The notes under the pieces: model-generated
Database searches by the model: none
The model's input: only the letters and a program-made list of their open reading frames with translations
What the model was told of the DNA's origin: nothing
Assembly: GCA_048262655.1 (NCBI GenBank)
Contig: JBLXEY010000009.1
Coordinates: 37,095-101,094, forward strand
Reading direction: 5' to 3'
From: Rhodospirillales bacterium
GTDB lineage: Bacteria > Pseudomonadota > Alphaproteobacteria > Rhodospirillales > Casp-alpha2
Length of the DNA: 64,000 bases
Program-made: the position numbers and the translations under genes
Shown: positions 1-9,422 of the stretch, one piece after another
Layout of the letters: each line of letters opens with the position of its first letter
Numbering within the stretch: the stretch's first letter is position 1

Positions 1-381
1 TACCCAATGGTCACAGAAGAACACATCACCGCTTTTGGCTGGGCACATCCACACGAGCTGGACGAAATCATTTCAATCTCCTTACGGGTTAATGACTTTT
101 TAAGCGGCCTGTTTCTTGGCGTCGGTTTGCGCCTGATTGATTTCAAGCTGGAATTTGGTCGATTGTGGGAAAATGAAAATATGCGAATTGTTCTCGCCGA
201 CGAGATTAGCCCCGATAATTGCCGCCTTTGGGATAGTGAGACAAACGAGCGCATGGACAAGGACCGGTTTCGCCGCGATTTGGGCCGTGTTGAAGAAGCC
301 TATCAGGAAGTTGCCCGTCGTCTGGGGATTTTGCCGGAGGGTGGCCCACGCGATATGCAAGCGCCTGATACAATACAGTAA
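1..381 (+). CDS. purC: SAICAR synthase, C-terminal part (5' end lies outside the window)
   Basis: Frame 1 is open from base 1. 'LIDFKLEFG...[14 protein letters not shown]...[10 protein letters not shown]' is the conserved PurC C-terminal half. It is followed by purS-purQ-purL. Confidence 0.9.
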   Translation, partial: YPMVTEEHITAFGWAHPHELDEIISISLRVNDFLSGLFLGVGLRLIDFKLEFGRLWENENMRIVLADEISPDNCRLWDSETNERMDKDRFRRDLGRVEEAYQEVARRLGILPEGGPRDMQAPDTIQ

Positions 382-404
382 CAATCGATCAAAGAGGTTA
401 AAAA

Positions 405-644
405 GTGAAAGCCCGCATCCATATTACATTAAAAGATGGCGTTTTAGACCCACAAGGAAAAGCCGTGGAACATGCGCTCGGTTCATTGGGGTTTGAAGGC
501 GTTGACAACGTCCGCCAAGGTAAATTCATTGAGTTGGACTTGACAGAAACCGACCCAGCGAGAGCCGAAGCACAGGCAAAAGAAATGTGCGAGAAACTTT
601 TGGCTAACACAGTGATCGAGAATTACTCGGTCGAAATTGCATAG
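405..644 (+). CDS. purS: phosphoribosylformylglycinamidine (FGAM) synthase subunit PurS
   Basis: 79 aa with a GTG start 8 nt after AGAGG. 'KARIHITLKDGVLDPQGKAVEHALGSLGF' is typical PurS. It sits between purC and purQ. Confidence 0.9.
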   Translation: MKARIHITLKDGVLDPQGKAVEHALGSLGFEGVDNVRQGKFIELDLTETDPARAEAQAKEMCEKLLANTVIENYSVEIA

Positions 645-656
645 GAGCAACGTCCT

Positions 657-1346
657 ATGAAAGCTGCAGTAATCGTTTTTCCCGGATCAAACTGTGATCG
701 TGACATTCAGGTATCGCTTCGCCAGGCTATGGGGTCTGAACCGCTTATGGTATGGCATGGCGATTCCAGTTTCGACGATGTTGACCTGATTGCAGTACCA
801 GGTGGATTTTCTTATGGAGATTATTTGCGAGCTGGCGCGATGGCGGCGAAGTCTCCGGTCATGCGGGAGATCATTGAGCGTGCCAACAAAGGGGTCCCCG
901 TTATCGGGATCTGCAACGGATTTCAGATCCTGACGGAAAGCGGATTGTTGCCCGGCGCGCTGATGCGAAATGCCGGTCTCAAATATGTCTGCCGAGACGT
1001 TCATTTGCGAGTTGAGACAAATGACACAACCTTTACTCAAAATTATACAACAGGCTCCGTCGTAAGGATTCCCATTGCACACCATGATGGCAACTACTTC
1101 GCTAGCCCGGACGTTCTGGATGAACTGGCCTCGGAAAATCGCATTGCCTTCAAATATACGGATGCAAGCGGTACGGAAACAGAAGATGCCAACCCCAACG
1201 GTTCACAGCTCAATATCGCAGGAATTTTGAACAAACAAAAAAACGTCTTGGGCATGATGCCGCACCCTGAACGACTGGCGGATGCGGAACTTGGTGGAGA
1301 TGACGGCAAACCGATGTTTGAAGGTTTGGTTGCAGCACTTGGCTAA
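657..1346 (+). CDS. purQ: FGAM synthase glutamine amidotransferase subunit PurQ
   Basis: 229 aa. Class I GATase motifs are present: 'GICNGFQIL' (nucleophile Cys) and 'MMPHPER' (His/Glu). Confidence 0.93.
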   Translation: MKAAVIVFPGSNCDRDIQVSLRQAMGSEPLMVWHGDSSFDDVDLIAVPGGFSYGDYLRAGAMAAKSPVMREIIERANKGVPVIGICNGFQILTESGLLPGALMRNAGLKYVCRDVHLRVETNDTTFTQNYTTGSVVRIPIAHHDGNYFASPDVLDELASENRIAFKYTDASGTETEDANPNGSQLNIAGILNKQKNVLGMMPHPERLADAELGGDDGKPMFEGLVAALG

Positions 1347-1425
1347 GAAGCAGCCATTTTAAACTAATTAATCTGTTCGCCCCTGTCGGTGGACCTTGTC
1401 AAAAGAAAAAGATCAGAGTTATTTA

Positions 1426-3618
1426 ATGTCTGAAATTACCCCAGAAATCATCGCGTCACACGGATTTACCGAAGAAGAATACAGCAAAGTTCTGGAGATC
1501 ATGGGTCGAGAACCGAACATGACAGAACTGGGCATTTTTTCCGTTATGTGGTCGGAGCATTGTTCCTATAAATCATCAAAAAAATGGTTAAAAACCCTGC
1601 CAACAGAAGCTCCCTGGGTCATCTGTGGCCCGGGCGAAAATGCAGGTATCATTGACATTGGTGATGGGCAGGCGGCGATCTTCAAGATGGAAAGCCATAA
1701 CCACCCGTCCTATATCGAACCCTATCAAGGGGCGGCTACGGGCGTCGGCGGCATCTTGCGTGATGTTTTCACAATGGGCGCCAGGCCCGTCGCAAACCTG
1801 AACGCCCTGCGCTTTGGCAGCCCGGATCATCCGAAGACGCGCCATCTTATTTCTGGTGTTGTCGCGGGTGTAGGCGGCTACGGCAACTGCGTCGGGGTTC
1901 CAACAGTTGGTGGCGAGTGCGAGTTCCATCCAAGTTATAATGGCAATAATCTGGTGAATGCGATGACCGTTGGTGTCGCTGATCAGGATAAAATTTTCTA
2001 CTCTGCGGCAACCGGAGCCGGCAACCCGATAGTTTATGTGGGATCAAAGACCGGTCGCGATGGCATTCACGGCGCGACAATGGCCTCGACAGAATTTACA
2101 GAAGATTCAGATGCGAAACGACCAACGGTACAGGTGGGTGATCCGTTTACGGAAAAGCTCCTGATCGAAGCCTGCCTGGAACTCATGCAAACAGACTGCA
2201 TCATCGGTATTCAGGACATGGGCGCTGCCGGTTTGACATCGTCAAGCTTCGAGATGGCTTCCAAAGGAGGCGTCGGCGTTGAACTGGATCTCGACAAAGT
2301 TCCGCAACGTGAAGAGAACATGACCGCCTATGAAATGATGCTTTCGGAAAGTCAGGAACGCATGCTGATGGTTTTGCGTCCCGGAACGGAAGCCAAAGCA
2401 GAAGCCATTTTTAAAAAGTGGGAATTAGATTTCTCCGTCTGTGGTGAACTGACAGACAGCGGCCATATGGTACTTAAACATAAGGGAGAAATTGTTGCTG
2501 ATCTGCCGATTGACCCGCTTGCCCTTGCCAGTCCCGAATATGATCGCCCCTGGGTGCCAACAACACCACCTGCCGCCTTGGACTTGGCAACCTGCCCTGC
2601 GCCTGATGACCTGATGGCGACCTTGCTGCAGATGATGGGTTCACCGGCTTTGGCTTCGAAACGCTGGATCTGGGAGCAATACGACCACATGGTTATGGGC
2701 GACACCCTTGAGCACGGAAGGCCTGGCGGAGATGCGGCGCTGGTCCGCGTGCACGGCACCAAGAAAGCCCTGGCAATGACTTCCGATTGCACCCCGCGCT
2801 ATTGCTACGCTGATCCCATTGAAGGCGGGCGTCAAGTTGTCGCAGAAACTTGGCGAAATATTACAGCGACCGGCGCAACACCTTTGGCAATTACCGACAA
2901 CATGAATTTTGGCAACCCTGAGAAGCCTGAAATCATGGGTCAGTTCGTTGGCTGTTGTGAAGGCATGAGCGAGGCCTGTATCGCACTGGACTACCCGGTC
3001 GTTTCCGGGAATGTCTCGCTTTATAATGAAACGAATGGCGAGGGCATCCACCCGACGCCAACCATTGGCGGCGTAGGGCTTATAGAAGATGCATCAAAGT
3101 CTGTTGGCATCGGATTTACTCAGGAAAACCAGAAAATCGTGCTTATTGGACAAAGTCTTGGGCACTTGGGCTGTTCTTTGTATCTGGATTTAATTGAGCA
3201 CCGCGCAGATGGCGCCCCACCACCTGTTGACCTTGAGGTGGAACGCAAGAATGGCGATTTTGTCCGTGCGCAGATCTTGTCCGGTCTTATTTCTGCCTGT
3301 CATGATCTTTCTGACGGTGGTCTTCTTGTCAGTATCGCCGAAATGGCCTTAGCTGGCCGCTGTGGGGCCGAGATCGAAGCCCCAGCCATCTCATTACCGC
3401 TCCACGCGTGGGCGTTTGGCGAGGATCAAGGTCGCTACCTTGTCACTACAAGTGATGCGGAATTGGTCTTGGCCAATGCGACTGCCGAAGGCGTTGAAGC
3501 AATTGTGATCGGCACAACCGGCAGTTCTGAGCTACAATTAGCCGGCGTTGGAAGTTTATCTGTGGAGACGATCCGGCATGCAAATGAAACCTGGATGCCA
3601 ACTTTTATGAATACATAA
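1426..3618 (+). CDS. purL: FGAM synthase subunit PurL
   Basis: About 730 aa. 'SEHCSYKSS', 'ESHNHPS' and 'GGILRDV' are PurL/AIR-synthase-like motifs. I chose ATG 1426 (MSEITPE...) over the TTG at 1396. Confidence 0.93.
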   Translation: MSEITPEIIASHGFTEEEYSKVLEIMGREPNMTELGIFSVMWSEHCSYKSSKKWLKTLPTEAPWVICGPGENAGIIDIGDGQAAIFKMESHNHPSYIEPYQGAATGVGGILRDVFTMGARPVANLNALRFGSPDHPKTRHLISGVVAGVGGYGNCVGVPTVGGECEFHPSYNGNNLVNAMTVGVADQDKIFYSAATGAGNPIVYVGSKTGRDGIHGATMASTEFTEDSDAKRPTVQVGDPFTEKLLIEACLELMQTDCIIGIQDMGAAGLTSSSFEMASKGGVGVELDLDKVPQREENMTAYEMMLSESQERMLMVLRPGTEAKAEAIFKKWELDFSVCGELTDSGHMVLKHKGEIVADLPIDPLALASPEYDRPWVPTTPPAALDLATCPAPDDLMATLLQMMGSPALASKRWIWEQYDHMVMGDTLEHGRPGGDAALVRVHGTKKALAMTSDCTPRYCYADPIEGGRQVVAETWRNITATGATPLAITDNMNFGNPEKPEIMGQFVGCCEGMSEACIALDYPVVSGNVSLYNETNGEGIHPTPTIGGVGLIEDASKSVGIGFTQENQKIVLIGQSLGHLGCSLYLDLIEHRADGAPPPVDLEVERKNGDFVRAQILSGLISACHDLSDGGLLVSIAEMALAGRCGAEIEAPAISLPLHAWAFGEDQGRYLVTTSDAELVLANATAEGVEAIVIGTTGSSELQLAGVGSLSVETIRHANETWMPTFMNT

Positions 3619-3639
3619 CACCTATAATAATAACCGGAA

Positions 3640-4908
3640 ATGGGGTGTCGCGTGAGCGAAGATCAGGGTGAAGTAGTTAAAGTCGATAAAGCGAGTTGGC
3701 CACGCACACCGGAAGGGACAATAGATTGGGAAAGCGTTTTTGAAGATGATGAAAACGGCCTGATTCCGGCGATTTCTGGCGCCAAAAAAACAGAACTGTT
3801 AATTGATTGTGCGGTTGCGGTCACTGAAGCCCTGTTTTCACGAAGCAGTGATGAAAGCATTCGGGCCGGCTTCACGAGTAAACTAGCAAGCATCGCAATG
3901 AGCTCGAGCAGCGAAGATATCGAAGTCGTTCTTGCCAAGGTCATCTCTTTTTTGAGACTGATTAAAAAGGACCGAATCGAGCGCGCTAATGCTTGGATCG
4001 AGTATTGTGCAAAAAGAAATGCCAGCACAGCGCCGACAGAAGACGTTGGCGAAGACCATGTCAATCAGTTGAAAGAAGGCTCCCCGGAACGCATTTTTGC
4101 AGGCATCTTCTGCGACATGTTGGATGCATCATGTCAGGCCATATGGGGTGGCGTGCCGCAAGAACCGTTGGACGACAAAAAAATTCCGTTCATTCTTTCC
4201 TCAGAATTTACATTGCGCATGCAAAAAGTCGTCCGCTCCGAGTTCCTGCCGACAATTATACAGAAATGTCGTCATATTATATCCGCAGCACAGCGCGCCA
4301 ATACGGACGACAAAGAGCAATTTCTTCGTTTAAAGATGTCTGAGGATGAAGTCCGCCGCGAACTCTGGGATGCGTGGGAATCGACGTGGGACGAAGTGAT
4401 GATTGAGGCACATATGCCTTCCGAGCCCAAGATCGAAAAAAAAGGTGTCTTGGGATCACTGGTGAATGCCGTTAAATCGATGAGCGACGTCGATCAGGAA
4501 GATCCCCTTGAAACATGGAAAGACGAAGTTGAAATTGTAAAGATGCAACAGGCAACTGTGCATGAGATATGGGAGTACCTGACCGCCCCTTCTCCAATTT
4601 TCGAAGTCCCGCTTGACGCCGACAAGCCAATCCTCAAAAAGATGTTTGCCAGACATCCGGGGCTCATCCGTGATCAGATTTCTGCGCTCAACCAAATTTC
4701 CGAACAATCCAGCAGCGTCGGCCAAGCCTTCGATTCTTACGCTTCAGGAAAAGACCTGCAGTTTGCGTTGCTCTCTGTTTCCTATCAAGACCCCGACACC
4801 TATTTGAGGGACCACATGGTCCTCAAGGCAATGTTAAGGGGTATGAGAAAAAATGAGAGAGAATATGCTCTGCCATTAATTGTAAGATATCTTGGAGATT
4901 ACATCTAA
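3640..4908 (+). CDS. hypothetical protein (acidic, predicted helical, no motif I recognise)
   Basis: Uninterrupted 422-codon ORF, co-directional and 21 nt after the purL stop. Composition looks like neighbouring genes. The start is ambiguous (ATG 3640 or GTG 3652). Confidence 0.6.
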   Translation: MGCRVSEDQGEVVKVDKASWPRTPEGTIDWESVFEDDENGLIPAISGAKKTELLIDCAVAVTEALFSRSSDESIRAGFTSKLASIAMSSSSEDIEVVLAKVISFLRLIKKDRIERANAWIEYCAKRNASTAPTEDVGEDHVNQLKEGSPERIFAGIFCDMLDASCQAIWGGVPQEPLDDKKIPFILSSEFTLRMQKVVRSEFLPTIIQKCRHIISAAQRANTDDKEQFLRLKMSEDEVRRELWDAWESTWDEVMIEAHMPSEPKIEKKGVLGSLVNAVKSMSDVDQEDPLETWKDEVEIVKMQQATVHEIWEYLTAPSPIFEVPLDADKPILKKMFARHPGLIRDQISALNQISEQSSSVGQAFDSYASGKDLQFALLSVSYQDPDTYLRDHMVLKAMLRGMRKNEREYALPLIVRYLGDYI

Positions 4909-5045
4909 GAGGTGATTTGTTCAGAATATTCACAAGTTCAGTGATAAAACCCCACTTCGCGAGGGGTTGACCCAATCGATAGAAAGCGCCATATCCTAAA
5001 TTCCATAACGACAGCTTGGCCCAAAAAGAAACAGGATACGAATAC

Positions 5046-5285
5046 ATGGCTATGAATGCCGCTGAGATAGAAAGCCTGATTAAAGAGAGTCTTCCGGACG
5101 CTCAGGTAACAATTGAGGATTTACGCGGTGACGGAGACCACTATGCCGCTTACGTAACATCGGCGGAATTTGTCGGAAAATCACGTGTGCAACAGCACCA
5201 GTTGGTTTATTCCGCGTTAAAAGGCCGTATGGGAAACGAATTACATGCCCTGGCGCTGCAAACGAGCGCGCCTGAAAGCAACTAA
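5046..5285 (+). CDS. BolA family protein
   Basis: 'DLRGDGDHYAAYVTSAEFVGKSRVQQHQLVYSAL...ELHALAL' fits the BolA fold signature. It lies immediately upstream of a monothiol glutaredoxin, the classic BolA-Grx pairing. I chose ATG 5046. Confidence 0.85.
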   Translation: MAMNAAEIESLIKESLPDAQVTIEDLRGDGDHYAAYVTSAEFVGKSRVQQHQLVYSALKGRMGNELHALALQTSAPESN

Positions 5286-5310
5286 GTTTAACCAGTCGAA
5301 GGAATGCATT

Positions 5311-5646
5311 ATGAGCGATAACCCTGTATTTGACAGAATCCAAACCGAAATCGATGACAACGACGTTGTTCTTTTCATGAAGGGATCCCCCATGTTCCCC
5401 CAATGTGGATTTTCTGCCGCTGTCACCCATGCCCTGACAACCCTTGAAGTTAAATTCAAGGGCATTGATGTTCTCGAAGATGGGGACATCCGCAACGGCA
5501 TTAAGGAATTCACGAACTGGCCGACCATCCCGCAACTCTATGTAAAAGGTGAGTTTGTGGGCGGCTGTGACATTATTCGTGAAATGTATGAGGCTGGTGA
5601 GCTTCAGCAATTACTGAAAGACAAAGGAATACAAGCCGCCGTATAG
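5311..5646 (+). CDS. grxD: Grx4-family monothiol glutaredoxin
   Basis: CGFS active site ('PQCGFS') and 'WPTIPQLYVKGEFVGGCDI'. ATG 5311 is preceded by AGGAA. Confidence 0.92.
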   Translation: MSDNPVFDRIQTEIDDNDVVLFMKGSPMFPQCGFSAAVTHALTTLEVKFKGIDVLEDGDIRNGIKEFTNWPTIPQLYVKGEFVGGCDIIREMYEAGELQQLLKDKGIQAAV

Positions 5647-5672
5647 CGCTTATCTCCTTTGTCAAACTTAAG

Positions 5673-5697
5673 AACCGCCTTTTCAGGCGGTTTTTTT
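5673..5697 (+). terminator. rho-independent terminator after bolA-grxD
   Basis: 8-bp stem aaccgcct/aggcggtt with a tttc loop, followed by a T7 tract. Confidence 0.7.
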
Positions 5698-5768
5698 GTG
5701 CCTATTGAATGATAAGGTCATTTTATATAATATATTCTGGTCAAAATTAACGTTTTTGAAAGAATGTC

Positions 5769-6389
5769 GTGATCGATACACAATATTCGATTATTGCCTC
5801 TGCAAGTCGTAACAGGACGACACTTGCTGCCAACCGGGATGAAGTTGCAGACCGGGCGGCTCGTGACAAATTATCTTTCAATGCTTTTGACGAATCCCAG
5901 CGCCGTAAAGAAATTATCGAGGAATCGATTGCACGCCAGGAACGTGCCATACAACTTAGAAGAAATGACCTTGAAGAAACATTCGAAGTTGCACGTGCCC
6001 GTAACGAGCAAGTCCGTTACGCAGAAACGGTCGCCAATGATACGGCCTTCCAGAATCGCCGTGCCGATATCGCGAGCGAGGTCAATGATCAGCGTGCTGA
6101 TCGCGCCGCAGTCTACGACATAACGCTTAGCGAATATGACGAAAGTCTGGCATTAGATCAGATCGAATCTGAGGTGGCACAGGCCCCCTTAACGGAAACT
6201 GCCAATCCGGCGCCGACCTTTGGTGCCTTTCTTGCTGACCGGGAAAACCGCAATGCAGAACGTGCGCAAATCGAACGTGATCGGAATATTCAGCAACAAA
6301 TAGACCTTCAGGTCGCAGAAAATAATCTTCGGTCGATTCCCCAGGGAAGTGACCTGCCACGGGGTGCTTTGGTTGACGTTCTTGGCTAA
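5769..6389 (+). CDS. hypothetical protein, R/E/D/A/Q-rich (coiled-coil-like)
   Basis: 206-codon ORF with a GTG start. The alternative frame ORF (5794..6123) is very basic and looks spurious. I recognise no family. Confidence 0.5.
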   Translation: MIDTQYSIIASASRNRTTLAANRDEVADRAARDKLSFNAFDESQRRKEIIEESIARQERAIQLRRNDLEETFEVARARNEQVRYAETVANDTAFQNRRADIASEVNDQRADRAAVYDITLSEYDESLALDQIESEVAQAPLTETANPAPTFGAFLADRENRNAERAQIERDRNIQQQIDLQVAENNLRSIPQGSDLPRGALVDVLG

Positions 6390-6402
6390 ATAGATCGAAT
6401 GC

Positions 6403-6921
6403 TTACGCCGGGTTGTAGTCGAAATTAAACGCAGAAACGACATGAGTCGGCTTATTGTCTCTATCGCAAAGCGGGACAAAAGCAGCTTCAAACAACTTGT
6501 GATCTGAAGTCTGAAAGAAAGCAGCCCGTCCCCAAACCCGCACCGGTCTGACCTCCTTTATCACCAACCGCAACAAATCCAGAGCCTGCTGGGTCGCTTC
6601 CGTGCTCATATAATCCCGCGTCACCTTGCCCGTCGCATCCAGGTGAAAGGCATCGGTGACATGTGTTCCCCAATATCGGTTTTTAAATTCTTCGCCACCA
6701 TTCAGGATGTCTTTGACAACCATCCGGTTTGCAATCTTATAGACGTCCATTAAGTCGAAACGCGTCCATTGAGGCCCTATTTTTGGTGTTTCGCTATATA
6801 TCATTGCCCAATATTCGGCGAGCACCCGAGCAGCGCCCTGTTCGGTGAAAACCCCATTTTCCTCAATCGTGGCACCCGCTAACTCTAAGCCCCCACTTCC
6901 GCCCGCGTCTTGATAATTCAC
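6403..6921 (-). CDS. stand-alone PAS-like protein (PAS_5-type pattern)
   Basis: 172 aa. The 'YW...P.W..FDLMDV...MVV.D...F..RYWGT.V....LD.TGK' pattern matches my recollection of the alphaproteobacterial PAS_5 family. Confidence 0.6.
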   Translation of the reverse strand: MNYQDAGGSGGLELAGATIEENGVFTEQGAARVLAEYWAMIYSETPKIGPQWTRFDLMDVYKIANRMVVKDILNGGEEFKNRYWGTHVTDAFHLDATGKVTRDYMSTEATQQALDLLRLVIKEVRPVRVWGRAAFFQTSDHKLFEAAFVPLCDRDNKPTHVVSAFNFDYNPA

Positions 6922-7098
6922 TGCAACCCGTCCTCAACTCTATATCAGGTGCTTTCGTCAAAGATTCGGACCACACTTGCATAAACTGATAATTATTTTA
7001 GGTCAGCCCTTCAACCTATTATATAATTCGGTATTCAGCTTCAAATTACAATGACAAATTGCAAATCAATTGTCCCTAAAGTGCTGATAAAAAGTCAC

Positions 7099-7124
7099 AA
7101 AAAAAGCCCCGCAGAAGCGGGGCT
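7099..7124 (-). terminator. rho-independent terminator of rpsD
   Basis: On the minus strand: agccccgc-ttct-gcggggct stem-loop followed by a T tract, about 25 nt after the rpsD stop. Confidence 0.75.
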
Positions 7125-7148
7125 TTCTTAAAACAGGTATAAAACCGA

Positions 7149-7763
7149 TTAGCGAGAGTAATATTCGATAACCAGATTTGGTTCCATTTGAACTGGATAT
7201 GGAACATCAGCCAATTTCGGGACACGTACGAAAGTACCTTCCATTTTATTGGCATTTACATCGATATAATCAGGCAAATCACGCTCGGCACTTTCCATAG
7301 CCAACAAAACCATTGGCATTTGACGGGATTTTTCGCGGACCGTGATCACATCACCTTCCTTTACGAGATAAGAAGGAATGTTCACTTTTTTCCCGTTGAC
7401 CATAACATGACCGTGGTTAATGAACTGACGTGACGAGAATACGGTTGGAACAAATTTCATACGGTAAACAACCGCATCCAAGCGTGTCTCGAGAATTCCA
7501 ATCAGGTTTTCTGAGGTATCACCACTGACCCGCTGCGCTTCTTTATAATAGCGGCGGAATTGTTTTTCAGTGACGTTTCCGTAGTAACCCTTAAGTTTTT
7601 GCTTGGCCATCAACTGAAGACCGAAATCAGATGGCTTGCGACGACGCTGTCCGTGCTGTCCTGGAGGATAATCACGTGCGTTTACCGGGCTCTTTGGACG
7701 ACCCCACAGGTTAACGCCAAGGCGCCGGTTAATTTTATACTTTGACTGTGTCCGTTTACTCAT
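7149..7763 (-). CDS. rpsD: 30S ribosomal protein S4
   Basis: 204 aa. '[20 protein letters not shown]...[14 protein letters not shown]...LDAVVYR' is an unmistakable S4. Confidence 0.96.
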   Translation of the reverse strand: MSKRTQSKYKINRRLGVNLWGRPKSPVNARDYPPGQHGQRRRKPSDFGLQLMAKQKLKGYYGNVTEKQFRRYYKEAQRVSGDTSENLIGILETRLDAVVYRMKFVPTVFSSRQFINHGHVMVNGKKVNIPSYLVKEGDVITVREKSRQMPMVLLAMESAERDLPDYIDVNANKMEGTFVRVPKLADVPYPVQMEPNLVIEYYSR

Positions 7764-7869
7764 TTTAAGTCCCTTGTTAAATAGGTGTTCTTAAACCCGC
7801 TAGCCGGTTCCTGACATCTGATCAGGGGCGGGGTGCAACGAAACAAAGCCGTTGGCCCACGTTCACGGG

Positions 7870-7897
7870 AACGGCGCGGAATATAGGGGTTTAATGA
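7870..7897 (-). promoter_or_regulatory. candidate sigma70-type promoter of rpsD
   Basis: Minus strand reads TTGACA (7897-7892), a 16-nt spacer, then TATATT (7875-7870). This implies a leader of about 100 nt. Confidence 0.5.
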
Positions 7898-7937
7898 GGT
7901 TTGTCAAACCCTAAGCCTGATACAACCGAATCAGCGG

Positions 7938-8501
7938 TTAAACACTGTCCAGCTCCGAATCCCAATATAGAAAATCACGCCAGCTTTCATGTAGATAATT
8001 TGGCGGGAAAGCACGTCCATTTTCCTGTAATAGGTATTTTGTGGGCTGGTCAGGGCGGCGCAAGGGGTGCATACCCGACCGAGATGGCAAGCTATGCCCT
8101 TTGCGCAGGTTACACGGTGCACATGCTGTAACAACGTTCTCCCAAGTGGTCCGCCCCCCTCTGGCCCGGGGAATAACATGATCGAAGGTCAAGTCTTCGG
8201 TCTGAAAAACCCCGCCACAGTACTGGCACGAGAAACTGTCGCGTAAGAACACATTAAACCGGGTGAAGGCCGGGCGAACCCCCGTCTTCACATAGTCCTT
8301 CAGCGAAATCACACTGGGTAATCTAAATTCGCTACGTGGCGAATGGACAACGTGATCGTACTCATCTACCACGTTCACACGATCCAAAAACACCGCCTTG
8401 ATAGAATCCTGCCAGGACCACAGGGACAGGGGGAAATAACTGAGCGGCCGATAATCAGCGTTTAAAACCAACGCTGGAAATGTTCCTTGTGCAGTCGTCA
8501 T
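7938..8501 (-). CDS. HNH endonuclease family protein
   Basis: 'CQYCG...DHVIPRARGGRTTWENVVTACAPCNLRKG' is an HNH/zinc-finger core. Confidence 0.85.
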   Translation of the reverse strand: MTTAQGTFPALVLNADYRPLSYFPLSLWSWQDSIKAVFLDRVNVVDEYDHVVHSPRSEFRLPSVISLKDYVKTGVRPAFTRFNVFLRDSFSCQYCGGVFQTEDLTFDHVIPRARGGRTTWENVVTACAPCNLRKGHSLPSRSGMHPLRRPDQPTKYLLQENGRAFPPNYLHESWRDFLYWDSELDSV

Positions 8502-8619
8502 ACGCCTACCTCTACATTTGAGGTAAGACTACTACATATTGGGTTCGAATGCCAAATAATGTATGGTGATTGTTTTATGACGGTTAAAGAAGCGCAGAGC
8601 CTGACCTACTCTCAATTTA

Positions 8620-9321
8620 TCATTGGTCACCTGGCATTTGTGATGCCGGTTCTGGAAGGGGCACGCCCAAACTTTCAGCCAGGAAAGCCATCCCTTCCAT
8701 TATGCTCTTGTCGTTAAGACTATGCCCTAACTGCGGAACCATTTCGCCAGATGCCCGAATTCCAGCCGCTTGTAAGGCCGCAACTCCCTCGTAGAGGGAT
8801 TCAGGGGGCACCACGTCGTCGATCGATCCGTGCATCATCAATACCGGGGGTTGAGAACGAACCTCGCTGGCCAGCAATTCCGGAGCAATGAGCGCACCAG
8901 AATACGCAAGGATCGCGCCCAACGGCTTCGGTCTGCGGACCCCAACATGGAGCGACATCATTGACCCCTGAGAGAACCCAACAAGAGCAACATCCTTATC
9001 GCTGAGACCATATTTTTGCATTTGACTATCTATAAATGCATCCAGAATGGGAGCTGCCGCAACCGTGCCTTCCAAACGCGATTGGGGAGTTGGATCCGCA
9101 AGTGAAAACCATTGATATCCGACGGGTGCCATATCGAACGGATAGGGTGCATTTGGAGATACGAACTGAGCATCAGGCAGAACTTTGGCATAATATGGTG
9201 CCAAGCCAATTAAATCTTGCCCGTCTGACCCGACACCGTGACACATGATCACAAGCTGCTTCGGGGCGCCACCGGATGCCGGGGCGAAAGTCGGTCCATA
9301 AAGTTCAGGTTGGTCGTTCAT
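8620..9321 (-). CDS. alpha/beta hydrolase (phospholipase/carboxylesterase family)
   Basis: GxSxG nucleophile elbow 'GFSQGS', plus 'MMHGSIDDVVP' and 'GHSL'. I chose the ATG at 9321 (MNDQPELYG...). Confidence 0.8.
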   Translation of the reverse strand: MNDQPELYGPTFAPASGGAPKQLVIMCHGVGSDGQDLIGLAPYYAKVLPDAQFVSPNAPYPFDMAPVGYQWFSLADPTPQSRLEGTVAAAPILDAFIDSQMQKYGLSDKDVALVGFSQGSMMSLHVGVRRPKPLGAILAYSGALIAPELLASEVRSQPPVLMMHGSIDDVVPPESLYEGVAALQAAGIRASGEMVPQLGHSLNDKSIMEGMAFLAESLGVPLPEPASQMPGDQ

Positions 9322-9422
9322 TCGAAGGTCCTTAAACAGAGATACGGCTATAAATTGGTTATATTTGGTAACCGATAACACCCCCCCTTGTCACGCCTGG
9401 TACCAAAACGCTATCAATTCTT

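Noticed and set aside
3640-3660. An N-terminal 'MGCRVS' eukaryotic-type myristoylation/palmitoylation motif, which would hint at a host-targeted effector.
   Set aside because: The start codon is ambiguous. The motif is short and common by chance. Nothing else in the window (secretion systems, effector-like composition, mobile DNA) supports a host-associated effector.
5080-5610. A 176-aa minus-strand ORF.
   Set aside because: It is antisense to both bolA and grxD, which have unmistakable motifs, so it is a shadow ORF. The same reasoning applies to 25270..25794, 34133..34615, 60031..60540 and 61781..62272.
8526-8560. A tRNA-like T-arm sequence, 'ttGGGTTCGAATGCCaa', in the HNH/esterase intergenic region.
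   Set aside because: The 53:61 position would be G:G. I can find no complementary 7-bp acceptor stem, D-arm or anticodon arm at tRNA spacing around it. At most it is a chance match or a very decayed remnant.
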